Assembly (NCBI RefSeq): GCF_006345805.1
Contig: NC_043008.1
Coordinates: 73,346,001 to 73,410,000, forward strand
Direction: 5' to 3'
DNA from: Octopus sinensis
Lineage: Eukaryota
Length of the DNA: 64,000 nt
The notes below the pieces were generated by a model. That model saw only the letters and a list, made by a program, of their open reading frames with translations, made no database searches and was not told the DNA's origin. The translations under genes and the position numbers were made by a program. Numbering within the stretch: position 1 is the stretch's first letter; each line of letters opens with the position of its first letter. Shown piece by piece: positions 43,480 through 56,969 of the stretch.

Positions 43480-44160
43480 TTTGAATTTCGTGGAATGTCT
43501 AAGACTGATGTGAAGACAAGACTAAGTTTGTCCCTAAACAAAGTTCTAACTTTTGTTTGTGGTGAAGCAGTGTAGTCTACTCTAGGATGAAGCCAGATCT
43601 GGATGTTTGTGTTAAACCAGATGATGCAATAAGTCTACTCTACCAAAAACACATTTCCACAGTGTCTGTTCAACAAATTTCTCCAGACATTATCACATCT
43701 ACCAAACATTTGTCAACTATAGAATTAACCCTGCTTGCTTGAAACTCAGACAATGAAAGACATTGGTTGATTTCATTATTTTATTTTCATTTTGTCATAT
43801 TTTTCTTGTTATGGAGATGTAGATTTTGTCACATGATAGTTTCAACTTCATAAACATGTCGGCCATATGAATATCTATTTTTCCTGGGAATTCTCTTCAT
43901 AAACCCAACAATAGAAACATTTCTTATGTGTTGAGACATTTTCAAATTCATTCTTGCCAAAAACAGACAGAACAAAATAATTATACAAAGAAAGACAAAA
44001 TCTAAAAAGAAAGAAATTCCTTCAGTTTTCTTTGTTAAATATTTGCTAATATATTTTGAGGCATAAGAATCTAAAATGAAAACAAAGTCATATGTAATAC
44101 CTTCCTGCAAAATTCTATTTTAAAATGATTCCTTCCCAAATATTGGCTTTTAAGTTAGGA
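43480..44160 (-). pseudogene. Possible piggyBac-like transposase relic
   Basis: KP..WG, GITYDF and GRVDL remnants. Confidence 0.35.
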
Positions 44161-44904
44161 ACAAGCACACATATTTTGAAAGAGTAGTTGGTCACATAGA
44201 TCTAAATACTTATTTTATCAAATATGGAAGAATGAAAATCATAATGAAGATCAGCAAGTTTTTCCAAAATGCAATATTCTGGAATGATAGGGGACATATT
44301 TCACAGAGGGATCATCCAAAAGACAAACCAGCAGGCCTTATGTACTTAAATATTTGTTTAGCATGCTGGGGGTTTGGGATTCTATTCCATTGTGGGGTAT
44401 CTCATATAAATGTCTCCTAGTATAATCTTTGATTGACAGTAATCTGATTAAATTTCTTTCATGAACCAAGAGATTATCCCCATTTCCTGGAGATAATGTC
44501 AAGTTTTATAAGTCCATTACATTCATATCACTGACTTACTAGCAGACATACACAAACACAAGCATATACATCACAAGACATATGTGAAAAAAAGTTATGA
44601 CCTTATAAATGTGCCCATTCAGACAGTGTTCCTACTCACACTATCTTCCACTGTGACTACATTAGTGTCTGCTCTTTTCACCTCAATAATTCCTTGTGAA
44701 ACCTATTTAAACTCATTTTTCTTCTCACCCCACTCCACTTTCTATGACAGTATGCCCTTCCTATCACTAGCACTCATTTCCAATCAAGGTAATATTTCCC
44801 ATGGTCAAACATGCTTTCCCTAGAAGATTAGAAGCAAGCAGCATGGTATGTGTGATGGTGATGCTCATCTATAATTAACAGGTAATGTCAATATAAGGGT
44901 ATAC

Positions 44905-45090
44905 ACACAAACACACACATACCTGCATATGATGGGCTTCTTTCAGTTTCTGCCTACCATATCTACTCACAAAGCTTTGATCAACTCTTGATTATAGTAG
45001 ATGACACTTCTTCAATGTGCCACATAGAGGGACTGAATCTCAGGCTACATAGTTGGGAAACAAGCTTCTCAACTATGCAACCACTACCGC
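44905..45090 (-). mobile_element. SINE family A, partial
   Basis: GGGCTTCTTTCAGTTTC...GGGACTGAA homology. Confidence 0.7.
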
Positions 45091-45114
45091 ACCTTTTATT
45101 CCACCTATTCTTTT

Positions 45115-45305
45115 ATTCTTTTACTTGGTTCAGTCATTTGGCTGTGGCCATGCTGGAGCACTGCCTTTAAGTCAAGCAAATCGACCCTAGGACTTATTCT
45201 TTGTAAGCCTAGTACTTATTCTATCAGCCTCTTTTACCAAATCACTAAGTTATGGGGAGGTAAACGCACTGGCATCGGTTGTCAAGCGATGTTGGGGGCA
45301 CAATA

Positions 45306-45344
<39 letters not shown>

Positions 45345-45512
45345 AACGATGGGCTTCTATCAGTTTCTGTCTACCAAATCCACCCACACAGCTTTGGACA
45401 GCCCAAGGCTATAATAGAAGACACTTGCCCAAGATACAAAGCTGTGGGACTGAACCCAAAACCATGTGGTTGGTAAGCAAGCTATTCACCTCACGGCCAC
45501 TCCTGTGTCTGT
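45115..45512 (-). mobile_element. tRNA-derived SINE, family A
   Basis: Full-length homolog of the 52418 copy. Confidence 0.85.
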
Positions 45513-46664
45513 ATATATATTTTTAAAATATTCATCACATAAGTTTCAAAGAGCACTGTGATGTAGTGCATGCTTGTGTTGTTTATAAAGAGAGTAAGCG
45601 AATAGAGAGGGGAGGCTATTAACTCTCCAGTTGTGAATGCTACTGAAAGCTTCTCAAAAATAAAAACAACAAAAAAATGCCGTAAATTTATTACTGAAGA
45701 AATACCTCATTGTCTAAGAATGCAACAAAATACAAGGAACTGATTCAAAGACTTCGTCCATTAACGATTCAAATTCCATACATATTTCAATTATGATACA
45801 GTGGGTACTGGCTAAGTTTTAGTAGTAAAATGGTGCAAAAGAAAAGAAAAGCAGATGGATTTACAATTACTCTTCAGCATCAATATTTTATTAAATCTAA
45901 TCTAATTGTCTAGAAAGACATAATTCAACATTCATCCCGTCTTCATATTACATATAAAACATAATAAAATACAGAAAGTGATATTTTTTCTTCTGGAATC
46001 CATTATTGTTGGTTATAAGACAGAAAATGAAATTTCGAAATGCGAAATAAATAATAGATCATGAAATTAGTTATTCAGTCTTAAAGATTTAAACTTAAAA
46101 TTTGTGTTTGTTTTTTCAGCTATTTCACTTTACGTTTAATTCAATATATTTCAGTTAAGTTAAACTGTTATTGCAGATAATAATTCAAGTGCCTTGTTAA
46201 GGGCTGAGCAAAGCTGTCAATGTTGAATATCAGTATTTTAACGATTGAGCTAAAGAGAGAATTTGCGTTTATTGAACGAATTACGAAATTAAAATTTAAA
46301 AAAGAAATGGCTGCAATATTTGTTTTATTACATTTTCATTTTTGACTATTGTTGCTCTTATAATAGCAAATGAAATTAATAGCAACAAGAAAAGTTTGAT
46401 AAACTGATGTTAGAAGTCAAGTTTAAAATATAGGATTCATAGAGTGAATAGATGAGAAATCATTTATAAAATAAGTAGAAATAAATACAGAACCACAACT
46501 TAAACTTTGGTATTAGAGAAATAAGGAGGTGAGAAATAAATCTTAACATTTGCCGGGAAAAGAAGATTAGGTGTGTATGTATGTATGTATGTAGGTATGT
46601 ATGTATGTATGTATGTATGTAGGTATGTAGGTATGTATGTATGTATGTATGCATGTATGTATGT

Positions 46665-46702
<38 letters not shown>

Positions 46703-46814
46703 TTATATGTTTTATATATATGTGTGTATATATGTATATATGTAGTGTCACAAAAAGATGTATACATATTTTAACTCAATCTTCATTTCTTCTTTGTTTA
46801 ACACATTAGAAATA

Positions 46815-47953
46815 ATGAAGGTGTCCTGCCTAATCTGTGAACAAAAGAAGTTTAACTACTGCAAGTTTGAAAATAAAGTCAAAGTGCAAAGATAGTTTAG
46901 GAAGAAGTTTCAAACAGGTTCACCTAAGTGACATACCAATACCTAAATTAGAGGCAAATATAATGCACAACTGTTCAGAATATCTGCAAGAAAACGTTTG
47001 GAAACCATGAACATTGGTGAATCCAACAAAGTAAGAGACAGTACTAGAAATGTATGTCTGTGCTTCATGCAAGTTGTGTACCAGGAATTTCAAAATTGAG
47101 GAGCCATCACATTTAAAGATCTGTCATTTGAAAGGACATTGCTCTCAATGAAAATGATCCCAAATGAGAATGGATTTTTGTGAGATATATTTGGTAAGAT
47201 GTGTAGAATATGCATGCAGTTAAACAAATTCTGCTTGGAGTGATGAAGTTACATTTAAATTAGATGGTTCAATTATAAAACATATTTGCACCTAGTAAGG
47301 ACCTGAGAATCTGCATTTTATGGAGGGGGGAGCATCAAATCAATTTACCAGGAGTTAGAATATGGTGCAGCTTATTAAAAGGATCAGTTGGGCCATTCTT
47401 TTATATTGCATTTCTTTGCTCCCTTTTCTTGAACTTGCTGTGAATGTTTGTCAGGCCAAGCATTCAGAAGGACATTGAAAATGTGGAATTTTATTTCCAC
47501 TAAGATGGGTTGCCTACACACTACTATAGTAATGTAATGACCAACTTTAATGAGGTTTTGCCAGTGGTGGATTAAAGAAAAGTAGTTCAATAGAGTAACT
47601 TCTGCATTCACGTACTCACACACCATGAGAGATATTTTCATAGAGATGCTTAAATGATACAATTTATGGTACAAAACTGGTAACAGTTGACAAATTGACA
47701 GCAGCCATTGAGTGAGAATATGCACTGATGCTGAACGAAATATTTCTTGATGTTTGCAAATCTATTGCTTCACATTGTCAGCAGTGTTAGGATCAGTATG
47801 GTTATCAGTTTGAAATTAGGAATTCATAAAGTTTTAATGAATATTGTCTGTAAATTCTATTAAATTTTGATAAAATACTGTCTGAAATATATTTTAATAA
47901 ACAATGATTTTATAAGCATTCAATGTGTGCATACATATTTTGGGGATACCTGT
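46815..47953 (+). mobile_element. Decayed Tc1/mariner (Tc3/DUF4817-like) element
   Basis: WSDE.TFKL.GS, DG.P.HY remnants; terminal GGGGATACCTG-TA. Confidence 0.6.
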
Positions 47954-48877
47954 ATAATCATGCATAAACATCCATTCATCCATCCATCCATATCTACATA
48001 CACACACACATAATCACTATAGTTTCTTTCTATCTACCAATCACTCTATTTCTTATCCACCTATCACTCATTTCCTCCAATCTCACTCTACCTCCCATCG
48101 TAAACATTGTGACTAATTCTGTCTTCCCCGATATCTAACTCAGTTTGTCAGGAAGTCAACATAAGGAGTAAGATATCATAGCAGAAAGGTATTGAACTGT
48201 GAAATAATAGACCCTTAGTCCAAATACATTGTAGGCATATTCTAGTGAAAGTACAGCTGCATTCTACAAGCAGTTGCAGAATAGTTAACATGCATACCAA
48301 TGTGAGGCACTTCTTGAACATCTAATCTACTAGAAATGTTGATGAAATATTTATGGAATAATCACATAGTGTCATATAAAACAGATCATTACATTAGATA
48401 GTATAGTATATATGCCATTGAAAAGTTAGGATAGTTTTGATTGAGATGGCTTTATTCCTAGAAGTAAACAGCAACAACATTGTATTTCGAGAGAGATTTG
48501 TTCTTCAAAACTTTATGACCATAATTCTGGATCCAAGTTACTAACCATTACATTACAATGAAGTTAAAGACCTCTCAATATCAGACACCATGCTTCAAGT
48601 ACTGGTTATATTCATATAGCTTCTCAATGCATAAAAGCATTTTTATGTAGGCGCAAGTCATTGACATTAAATAATGTACTCAATACTTCAATAACACTTT
48701 TAAATATATCAATTTACTTTTCAGAAGTGTACAACTTTATAGCATCTTTAAATCCTTCTTAGACATTCTTAATGGTTGAGATACATCTGGTGAAACAACA
48801 CACACACAATGAATGCATAATATAAATTACATATTTGGCTGTATCTCTCTCTCTCTCTTTCCATATATATATATATC

Positions 48878-48964
<87 letters not shown>

Positions 48965-49094
48965 CATTTGTATGTATGTATGTATATATATGTATGTATG
49001 TGTATATATATATATATAGCGGACGTTAAACGATGATGATGATGATATATATATATATATATGTATATGCATATATATATACAGTCACACCAAA

Positions 49095-49340
49095 CAGGGA
49101 AATAGTTTCATAACTTAAAATCAAGTTAATAATTTATATTATTATAGTTAATAATAAATAGATTACTTACATACCTGCATTAATGCAAAAGACAATTATT
49201 CCTTCAAAGACTTTCACCTGCATTATTTTGAAAGATTTTTTGCATTTTGCCTTAATGTAGGCATGTAAGTAATTTATTTATTATTATATGTAATGATATA
49301 AGTTATTTACATGTTTTTAAGTTACAAAGCAATTTCTCAT
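49095..49340. repeat. Degenerate hairpin inside a (TA)n-flanked insert
   Basis: ATAATAAATAGATTACTTACATACCTGCATTAATGCAAAA versus TTTTGCCTTAATGTAGGCATGTAAGTAATTTATTTATTAT. Confidence 0.65.
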
Positions 49341-49521
49341 GAAGTTAGAATTTTCTTATAGTCAAATAAAACTTCATCAAACTATTTCATTGTTATTTGT
49401 GACTTTATACACTCCTTATCATTTTCTTTTGTATTGTAGTACTATATATTCTGAAGAATGATACATTAAGGATCTCTTTTTATGAGTACTACCAGATCAC
49501 ATTAATCCATATATTGTAACT

Positions 49522-49576
<55 letters not shown>

Positions 49577-49577
<1 letters not shown>

Positions 49578-49910
49578 AAGGGTAAAGACCCCCTTCGGTC
49601 ATGAATGACCATGGGATTGCACCTAGAAAGTTACCTTCCTAGACACAAGTCCGGGCAAGGTTGTTTATGGAAGACCAGCAGTCGCCCATGCGTACCAGCC
49701 TCCCCTCTCCACGCCACCAGTGTTATCCTAGGGAAAGACAAAGGTCGATACAGCTTGGCACCAGTGACGTCGCAACTCATTTCTACAGCTGAGTGAACTG
49801 GAGCAACGTGAAAAATAAAGTGCTTTGCTCAAGAACACAACACGCAGCCCGGACTGGGATTCGAGCTCACAACCTCATGATCGTAAGCTCGACGCTCTAA
49901 CCACTGAGCC
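49577..49910 (-). mobile_element. tRNA-derived SINE, family C, inserted in (TA)n
   Basis: GGCTCAGTGGTTAGAGCG (A box) ... GAGCTCGAATCCC (B box) followed by a non-tRNA body. Confidence 0.8.
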
Positions 49911-50105
<195 letters not shown>

Positions 50106-50450
50106 GGTAAAATGTAATTGATAATAGTAACTGAGGATGCTGAATATATATATACGGAAAAAGGAGAAACCACCTCATGAGAGAAGCTAGGATCACTGGA
50201 CTAGACTAGTTTTGTCGATCAGTTGTAGACTCACCAGCAGTGATCATTGCATTGCTCAGATGGTTTGGCTAAATCGGTCTGTCAGTATATATCTTTAACA
50301 TGTTTACCATATGAATTTATGGTTGATTTAGCAAAATGATGATATGTATACTAAAAATTAATATAGACAGCTAAGCTCAATACAAGACCTTAAAGGAAAA
50401 ATTTAATTCTCACTAACTGTGACTGAGGATGCTGAATAACACCTATATTG
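50106..50450 (-). repeat. Pseudo-LTR remnant with a decayed HHR (50191-50245)
   Basis: Minus strand GATCACTG-CTGGTGA-GTC...GAC-AAAA-CTAGTCTAGTC-CAGTGATC; ACTGAGGATGCTGAATA repeated ~292 bp apart. Confidence 0.6.
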
Positions 50451-50961
50451 CAAGTATGTATATATTGCATGCTTCATAGAGTATTGAGGGTTTAGACTCT
50501 TATTTCTTGCAATGTATTTAGTTTGAACTTCATAGATTTTACATTCAAACCCCACTGGAGGTATGTTTTATCTCCCTGGTTCCAAAATCTAAATAAATTC
50601 ATGTTTCATTTTTCTGCTCTGTATTAAATATCTTTAAGATGATTTTGTATACTTTTCTTTTATAAATATATATTTTGAGTAAGTATTGTATGTATTTATA
50701 TTCTTAGTTCAAACACAATCCATCAGGTTTACTTTGTGTGTTACCTTCCTGTGGTAAATTATAAGACTGTAATTTGATCACGTATTGAGACAGAATATCT
50801 TATGTTATTCATTCAACCTATTTACATTCTACTTTAGTTTTTTCTATTTTGGTGATCAGTAAAATATATTAGTACTTATAGAGGCATATTTGTTAGAATT
50901 TTAAACAAGATGCTTTGCAATATTTGAATCATTTCTTTACATTTTGAGCTGCCAAGCAGGT

Positions 50962-51555
50962 GTGACAAATTTTCTGTATTGACTCAAAGAAAATAGTGTC
51001 TGGTAAAAAGTACTGGAAGGAAGGCAATAGGGAAACATCTTCTTTTACTCTTGTATTCAAATTCTATGACAAGCATCTAGCGGTTATCAAAGAAGCTGCC
51101 AGGAGTTATTCAGTGAAGTGATGGCGCAGGAAAGAAAAAATATACAAATTAAAAAAATACCAGTAATATATCAGGGTTGGTTGAATTAACTATGTCTACA
51201 TGCTATTATTACATGAAAATATCAGATTGCTGCTCTAATCTTTATTGAAGAATGTTTATAATTGTAATATATGATAATAAACATAACGAAGCAAATAGAT
51301 CTGTGGATAGTACAATAAGTCAATACAAGAACACTTACCCCTCACATTATACATAACTATTTACACAACATATAAGTCTAAAAGTAATATCCAGAAACAC
51401 AATGAATAGAGTGGAATTGAACATCTAACACTGTACCCTGCAATGTGAATGACAAATATACAACCACATGGACTCTTTATCATGTCTTTCAATACATGGA
51501 AATAAATATATATATAAACATGACTACGAAGTGCCAAGACGGAATAATTCACACC
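50962..51555 (+). repeat. 594-bp segment duplicated at 54672-55265 (offset 3710)
   Basis: Apparently identical from GTGACAAATTTTCTG to GGAATAATTCACACC in both places; both copies give the same minus-strand ORF text in the track. Confidence 0.93.
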
Positions 51556-52324
51556 AGAGTGAATGCTTGGGTGAAAGACGATGCCAAAATTAAGACAGAA
51601 TTAAAGATTTCATAATGCTTTATACTTTCCAAGTGAGTGAAACTCTTGGAGAAGTTCCACAGCATTTATCAAGACTTTAGAAAAGGTTTACAGGAATATG
51701 GGGGGGGGAAGGTAGTGAATGAGATGAGACAGATTCTGCAAAGTTAGCACGCACACACACACAGCACCTGCACACACATATGTAAAGCTGTATGTATGAA
51801 TTTGCATTGGCTCACAGACACGAAGTCATTTATATAAGTGTATGCATGTGTGTGTTTGTGAGTGTGCATGTGTATGTATGCAAACGAATCACTCCACACA
51901 CACACACAGAAGCATGATTACATATATACATGTATGTAAGTAAGTATATATTTAAAGTAGAGAATTGTTTAAGACGATATAGCTTCCATCAGAATAATAC
52001 TCAGTATGGTTCCAACAATTTGCGATCTGAGTTCAATTCGTACTCAAGTCAAATTTAATTTCATCTTTCTACAGGCAATAAAAATTGTAGTAAGCTAGCT
52101 GGTGGATTGGAGTAAGCGTTGGCATGGGTTGGGGTATCTAACTGGCTCTTTGTATTCTGATGACAACTATAATGGCACTGGACAACGTTGTTAGTGTGGA
52201 ATGGAAAAAATAATCAACAAAACTAGCATACTCCAGCAACTGCTGGTCATCCAGGAAACAAAAGGAATCCTTATCTTATAGAAGGAGATTCTGGATGCAG
52301 AATCATATGGTTTACAATGAACGA

Positions 52325-52394
<70 letters not shown>

Positions 52395-52417
52395 TCACAC
52401 ACACACATATATATATA

Positions 52418-52818
52418 TTCTTTTACTTGTTTCAGTCACTTGACTTCGACCATGTTGGAGCATCCCCTTAATGGGTGTTAGCCGAAGAAGTCGACCCCGG
52501 GCTTAGCTTATTCTTTGTAAGCCTAGTACTTATTCTATCGGTCACTTTTGCTGAACAGTTACGGGGAGATAAACACACCAGCATCGGTTGTCAAGCGATG
52601 GCAGGGGGACAAACACAAGCACACACGCAGAAATACATACGTACATACGTATATATACGATGACCTTCTTCCAGTTTCCGTTTACAAAATCCAATCACGA
52701 GGCTTTGGTCGGCCCGAGGGTATAGTAGAAAACACTTGCACTAGGTGTGACGCACTGGGACTGATCCCGGAACCATGTGGTTGGTAAGCAAGCTACTTAC
52801 CATTCAACCACTCCTGCG

Positions 52819-52822
<4 letters not shown>
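52418..52822 (-). mobile_element. tRNA-derived SINE, family A
   Basis: Pol III A/B-box head on - (GGCGCAGGAGTGG...GGTAAGTAGC...CCGGGATCAGTCCC); shared body with 10122, 44905, 45115 and 57930. Confidence 0.85.
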
Positions 52823-52859
<37 letters not shown>

Positions 52860-53528
52860 CTGTCATGCCTTTGGGTGTCAGAAGTGAAAGTAGAGAAATC
52901 TGACGTCAGACGTCAACTTCGTGTATTTACGTCGTCTTTCGTTTATTTACGCCGTTTATTTACGTACCACTGAAATGCAAGTAAAAGCTTGTATGTATGT
53001 ATGTATGTATGTATATATATATACATACATACACACATATATATAATATACATGTATATATACATATATATATATATTTAATACATACATATATATAATA
53101 TATACATGTATTTTTACCGCCTTTAGTCGTACAAATCGACCCCAGAACTTATTCTATCGGTCTTTTTTCTTAACCACTATACATTATATACATACATACA
53201 AATAGATAGATAGATACACACACACACATATAATAGATATAAAATGTGTACGTGTGTACATTTTTCAGAAAAAAATTCATACATTTTAAATATCAATAGC
53301 ATTTCTCTTATTTTTTACATGAAGTTTTCGAAAAATGAATTTAGAATGTAAAAATCAAATATATCAAATTAATAAACGCAAATTATTTAGAATGTAAAAA
53401 TCAAATATATCAAATTAATAAACGCAAATTATTTTCAAATATCATTTTCAACGGTGAGATTATCAAAATATAAACTTGAAGTTAAGTTTAAAAATAATGC
53501 GATACTCATTCTGTCTTGATACTTATGC

Positions 53529-54317
53529 TCAAATACATGGATATAGCTGTCGAATTTGTTCTATCAACTTCCCGAATATATCATCCTTAAATTCATAGCG
53601 CCACATGAATTCGATGAGATGGGTCTGAAGTAAATTTCTGGCTGTTCCACATTCTCTCCTATTTCGAGTCTTTACGTGTTTCCATAAACATTCTATGTGG
53701 TTGGTTGTGGCAAATGTTACCGGATCAACAAAATTTATAGAATGATTCACGGTCAAATGTCTGTATCCTAGCTGACTGAGTGTATTATACGAACGCCAAA
53801 GGTCGGATATTATTGTTGTACCAGGCAATATACGCTCGCGTATAATCTGTAATAGAGTGTCCGCTGTTCGATTTTCAACTGCCACTAAAATACATCTTCT
53901 ACTATCTCTTTCTAATGCACTAAACACCCATTGCGTTTTAACCCGATGGCCAACATGATATTTTCTCTTAACAAACGCAGTTTCATCTATTTCAACGATT
54001 CTATTGGGTCCTCCCAGTTTAATATTCTGTGCAACATAATATTCTGCACATACATCGCGGCAAAAATTCCTCCAATCGGTTACCGCTACATTTGCTAAAT
54101 GACATTCCTGTCCTATTCCTTTTGCTAAATCTTCTTTGGCCCAGTAAAACAAAATATCTATGATCTGTTGACACTTCAATTTGCTATTTTCTAAAAATGT
54201 TCCTTTTCTAATTGACACGGATTTTCTACAAGGTCTTCCACACGACCATATTATTTCATCAGATATACTTTTTTTCGTTACTTCTCTCATGGTAGCTCCA
54301 CACGATGTACATATTTT
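53529..54317 (-). CDS. Merlin/IS1595 (ISXO2-like) DDE transposase, C-terminal 262 aa of an interrupted gene
   Basis: Zn-ribbon CTSCG...WSCGRPC, LGGPNRIVEIDET, QWVFSALER, ILPGTTIISDLWRSY, HLTVNHS.NFVDP, TTNHIECLW: typical DDE_Tnp_IS1595 motifs with no stops. The first 7 residues of the track ORF come from the inserted TIR. Confidence 0.93.
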   Translation of the reverse strand, partial: KICTSCGATMREVTKKSISDEIIWSCGRPCRKSVSIRKGTFLENSKLKCQQIIDILFYWAKEDLAKGIGQECHLANVAVTDWRNFCRDVCAEYYVAQNIKLGGPNRIVEIDETAFVKRKYHVGHRVKTQWVFSALERDSRRCILVAVENRTADTLLQIIRERILPGTTIISDLWRSYNTLSQLGYRHLTVNHSINFVDPVTFATTNHIECLWKHVKTRNRRECGTARNLLQTHLIEFMWRYEFKDDIFGKLIEQIRQLYPCI

Positions 54318-55733
54318 GGTTAATATAGGGCGTAACAAATATCAGAAAATCAAAAAAAAAATGTGTGTAATAGGTGTAAAACAACTTCCTATGAACGATT
54401 ATGAAAAAAAAAATTCGCGCACGCGAAAGGGGGGTGGGGGAGAGGCCTCGGAAAATTCACATCGGGAAGTTCCGAAAGCGTCTGAGGAGCTGACCCGGGC
54501 ACCAAAACAAAAAAAAAATAGTGTAATATGTGTAAAACAACTTCCTATGAACGATTATGAAAAAAAAAATGCGCTCTCGCGAAAGAGGGGTGGGGGAGAG
54601 GCCTCGGAATATTTATATCGGGAATTTCCGAAAGCGTCTGAACCGGGCACAAAAACAAAAACAAAAACAGCGTGACAAATTTTCTGTATTGACTCAAAGA
54701 AAATAGTGTCTGGTAAAAAGTACTGGAAGGAAGGCAATAGGGAAACATCTTCTTTTACTCTTGTATTCAAATTCTATGACAAGCATCTAGCGGTTATCAA
54801 AGAAGCTGCCAGGAGTTATTCAGTGAAGTGATGGCGCAGGAAAGAAAAAATATACAAATTAAAAAAATACCAGTAATATATCAGGGTTGGTTGAATTAAC
54901 TATGTCTACATGCTATTATTACATGAAAATATCAGATTGCTGCTCTAATCTTTATTGAAGAATGTTTATAATTGTAATATATGATAATAAACATAACGAA
55001 GCAAATAGATCTGTGGATAGTACAATAAGTCAATACAAGAACACTTACCCCTCACATTATACATAACTATTTACACAACATATAAGTCTAAAAGTAATAT
55101 CCAGAAACACAATGAATAGAGTGGAATTGAACATCTAACACTGTACCCTGCAATGTGAATGACAAATATACAACCACATGGACTCTTTATCATGTCTTTC
55201 AATACATGGAAATAAATATATATATAAACATGACTACGAAGTGCCAAGACGGAATAATTCACACCTTGCTCTAAACGACTATCATGAAAAAAATGCGCGC
55301 TCGCGAAAGGGGGGTGGGGGAGAGGCTTCGGAAATTTCACATCTTCAGTCCACGGCCTTTAAACTAAGAAAAAATAGTGTAATTGGTGTAAAACTACTTG
55401 TTCTAAACGAGTATCAAGAACACACACTCACACATGAATCATAAACTCCGTATTTCGCAAAAAAAATAATAAAGAGAAGAAATTTTTTTGTCATATTCGT
55501 TTAGAGCAAGTTGTTTTACACATATTACACTATTTTTTTTTTGTTTTGGTGCCCGGGTCAGCTCCTCAGACGCTTTCGGAACTTCCCGATGTGAATTTTC
55601 CGAGGCCTCTCCCCCACCCCCCTTTCGCGTGCGCAAATTTTTTTTTTCATATTCGTTCATAGGAAGTTGTTTTACACCTATTACACACATTTTTTTTTTG
55701 ATTTTCTGATATTTGTTACGCCCTATATTAACC
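54318..55733. mobile_element. Non-autonomous TIR element (Merlin-type) inserted in the transposase gene
   Basis: About 226-bp near-perfect TIRs beginning GGTTAATATAGGGCGTAAC; 8-bp TSD CATATTTT at 54310-54317 and 55734-55741; subterminal repeats CGCGAAAGGGGGGTGGGGGAGAGG. Confidence 0.92.
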
Positions 55734-55741
55734 CATATTTT

Positions 55742-55858
55742 CTGGGTATTCAAAAGGCCATGTCTCTTAAGCCAATTAATGCTATCTGCTGTTGTAGCAG
55801 TGGAGACAGCAATATCGCGGTGACTAATTCCTCTTAAACTTGGATATGCAAAAGCCAT
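55742..55858 (-). CDS. N-terminal 39 aa of the same Merlin transposase (MAFAYPSLRG...NWLKRHGLLNTQ)
   Basis: Joins in frame (…NTQ-KI-CTSCG) to 54317 once the insert and one TSD copy are removed; WL..HGLL precedes the Zn ribbon, as is usual in this family. Confidence 0.85.
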
Positions 55859-55996
55859 ATTAAAAATTGTGGTGGTCAGTGGTCATTCTGATTGGTGTAT
55901 GTAATCGCGGTGATGGTCATGGGGGTTCATTTGTGCAGATTTTGGTGTGATTTCTTTTTTAAAAACAATAATGAATAATGCAAGAATAAATATATT

Positions 55997-56969
55997 CAAA
56001 AAACTACGGAGAAAATACAAATTTATACATAAATTATTAGAGAGTTATCCACTATGTGGATAACTCTAGTGCTAAAAATAGCTCCGAAGCAACCACAGAG
56101 GATCTGTTTCCAACTAGAATCGACATACATTTAACGGAAGGAAAGTGAAATACAACGAATAAAATAGATTGACTCTATACAATTGTTTCATTACTAATGT
56201 AATATGTAGTTTTAAATCTTCGGTAGAGTTTGTCAGAAATGCAATTAATTAGATCGATTCGAGCGTCAAAAACACGAGCGGTCCAACCAATTACATTTTT
56301 AGTTATGTCTCAAATTCCGCGCCAAAAGCATGCCTAGACTCCATTGGAAACGTATGCCGCATCAAATAAAATATTAACTGCCGCATAGTTAAATTTATAA
56401 AATTATAAATGAGGGTGAAAAATCGATATTAATTTAATAATACCATTAATTTAACACCAAGTGGCTTAGCACAAAAAACTACGGAGAAAATACAAATTTA
56501 TACATAAATTATTAGAGAGTTATCCACTATGTGGATAACTCTAGTGCTAAAAATAATGGTATTATTAAATTAATATCGATTTTTCACCCTCATTTATAAT
56601 TTTATAAATTTAACTATGCGGCAGTTAATATTTTATTTGATGCGGCATACGTTTCCAATGGAGTCTAGGCATGCTTTTGGCGCGGAATTTGAGACATAAC
56701 TAAAAATGTAATTGGTTGGACCGCTCGTGTTTTTGACGCTCGAATCGATCTAATTAATTGCATTTCTGACAAACTCTACCGAAGATTTAAAACTACATAT
56801 TACATTAGTAATGAAACAATTGTATAGAGTCAATCTATTTTATTCGTTGTATTTCACTTTCCTTCCGTTAAATGTATGTCGATTCTAGTGGAAACAGATC
56901 CTCTGTGGTTGCTTCGGAGCTATTTTTAGCACTAGAGTTATCCACATAGTGGATAACTCTCTAATAATT

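Noticed and set aside
49840-49910. tRNA gene
   Set aside because: A/B boxes continue into a SINE body with no acceptor stem; it is a SINE head.
52856-52870. GGCACTGTCA as the terminal TIR of the autonomous Merlin
   Set aside because: Plausible, but no matching reverse complement was found beyond the ATG, so it is not called.
53339-53432. 47-bp tandem duplication as a CRISPR-like array
   Set aside because: Two adjacent copies with no spacers, in a eukaryotic context.
54181-54675. 164-aa plus-strand ORF and its mirror in 55439-55858
   Set aside because: Read-through of the TIR and subterminal repeats; only the first 41 codons of the 55858 ORF are transposase.
54318-55733. Insert spliced out as an intron to restore the transposase
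   Set aside because: Only a weak G|GTTAAT donor, and no AG acceptor at the other junction.
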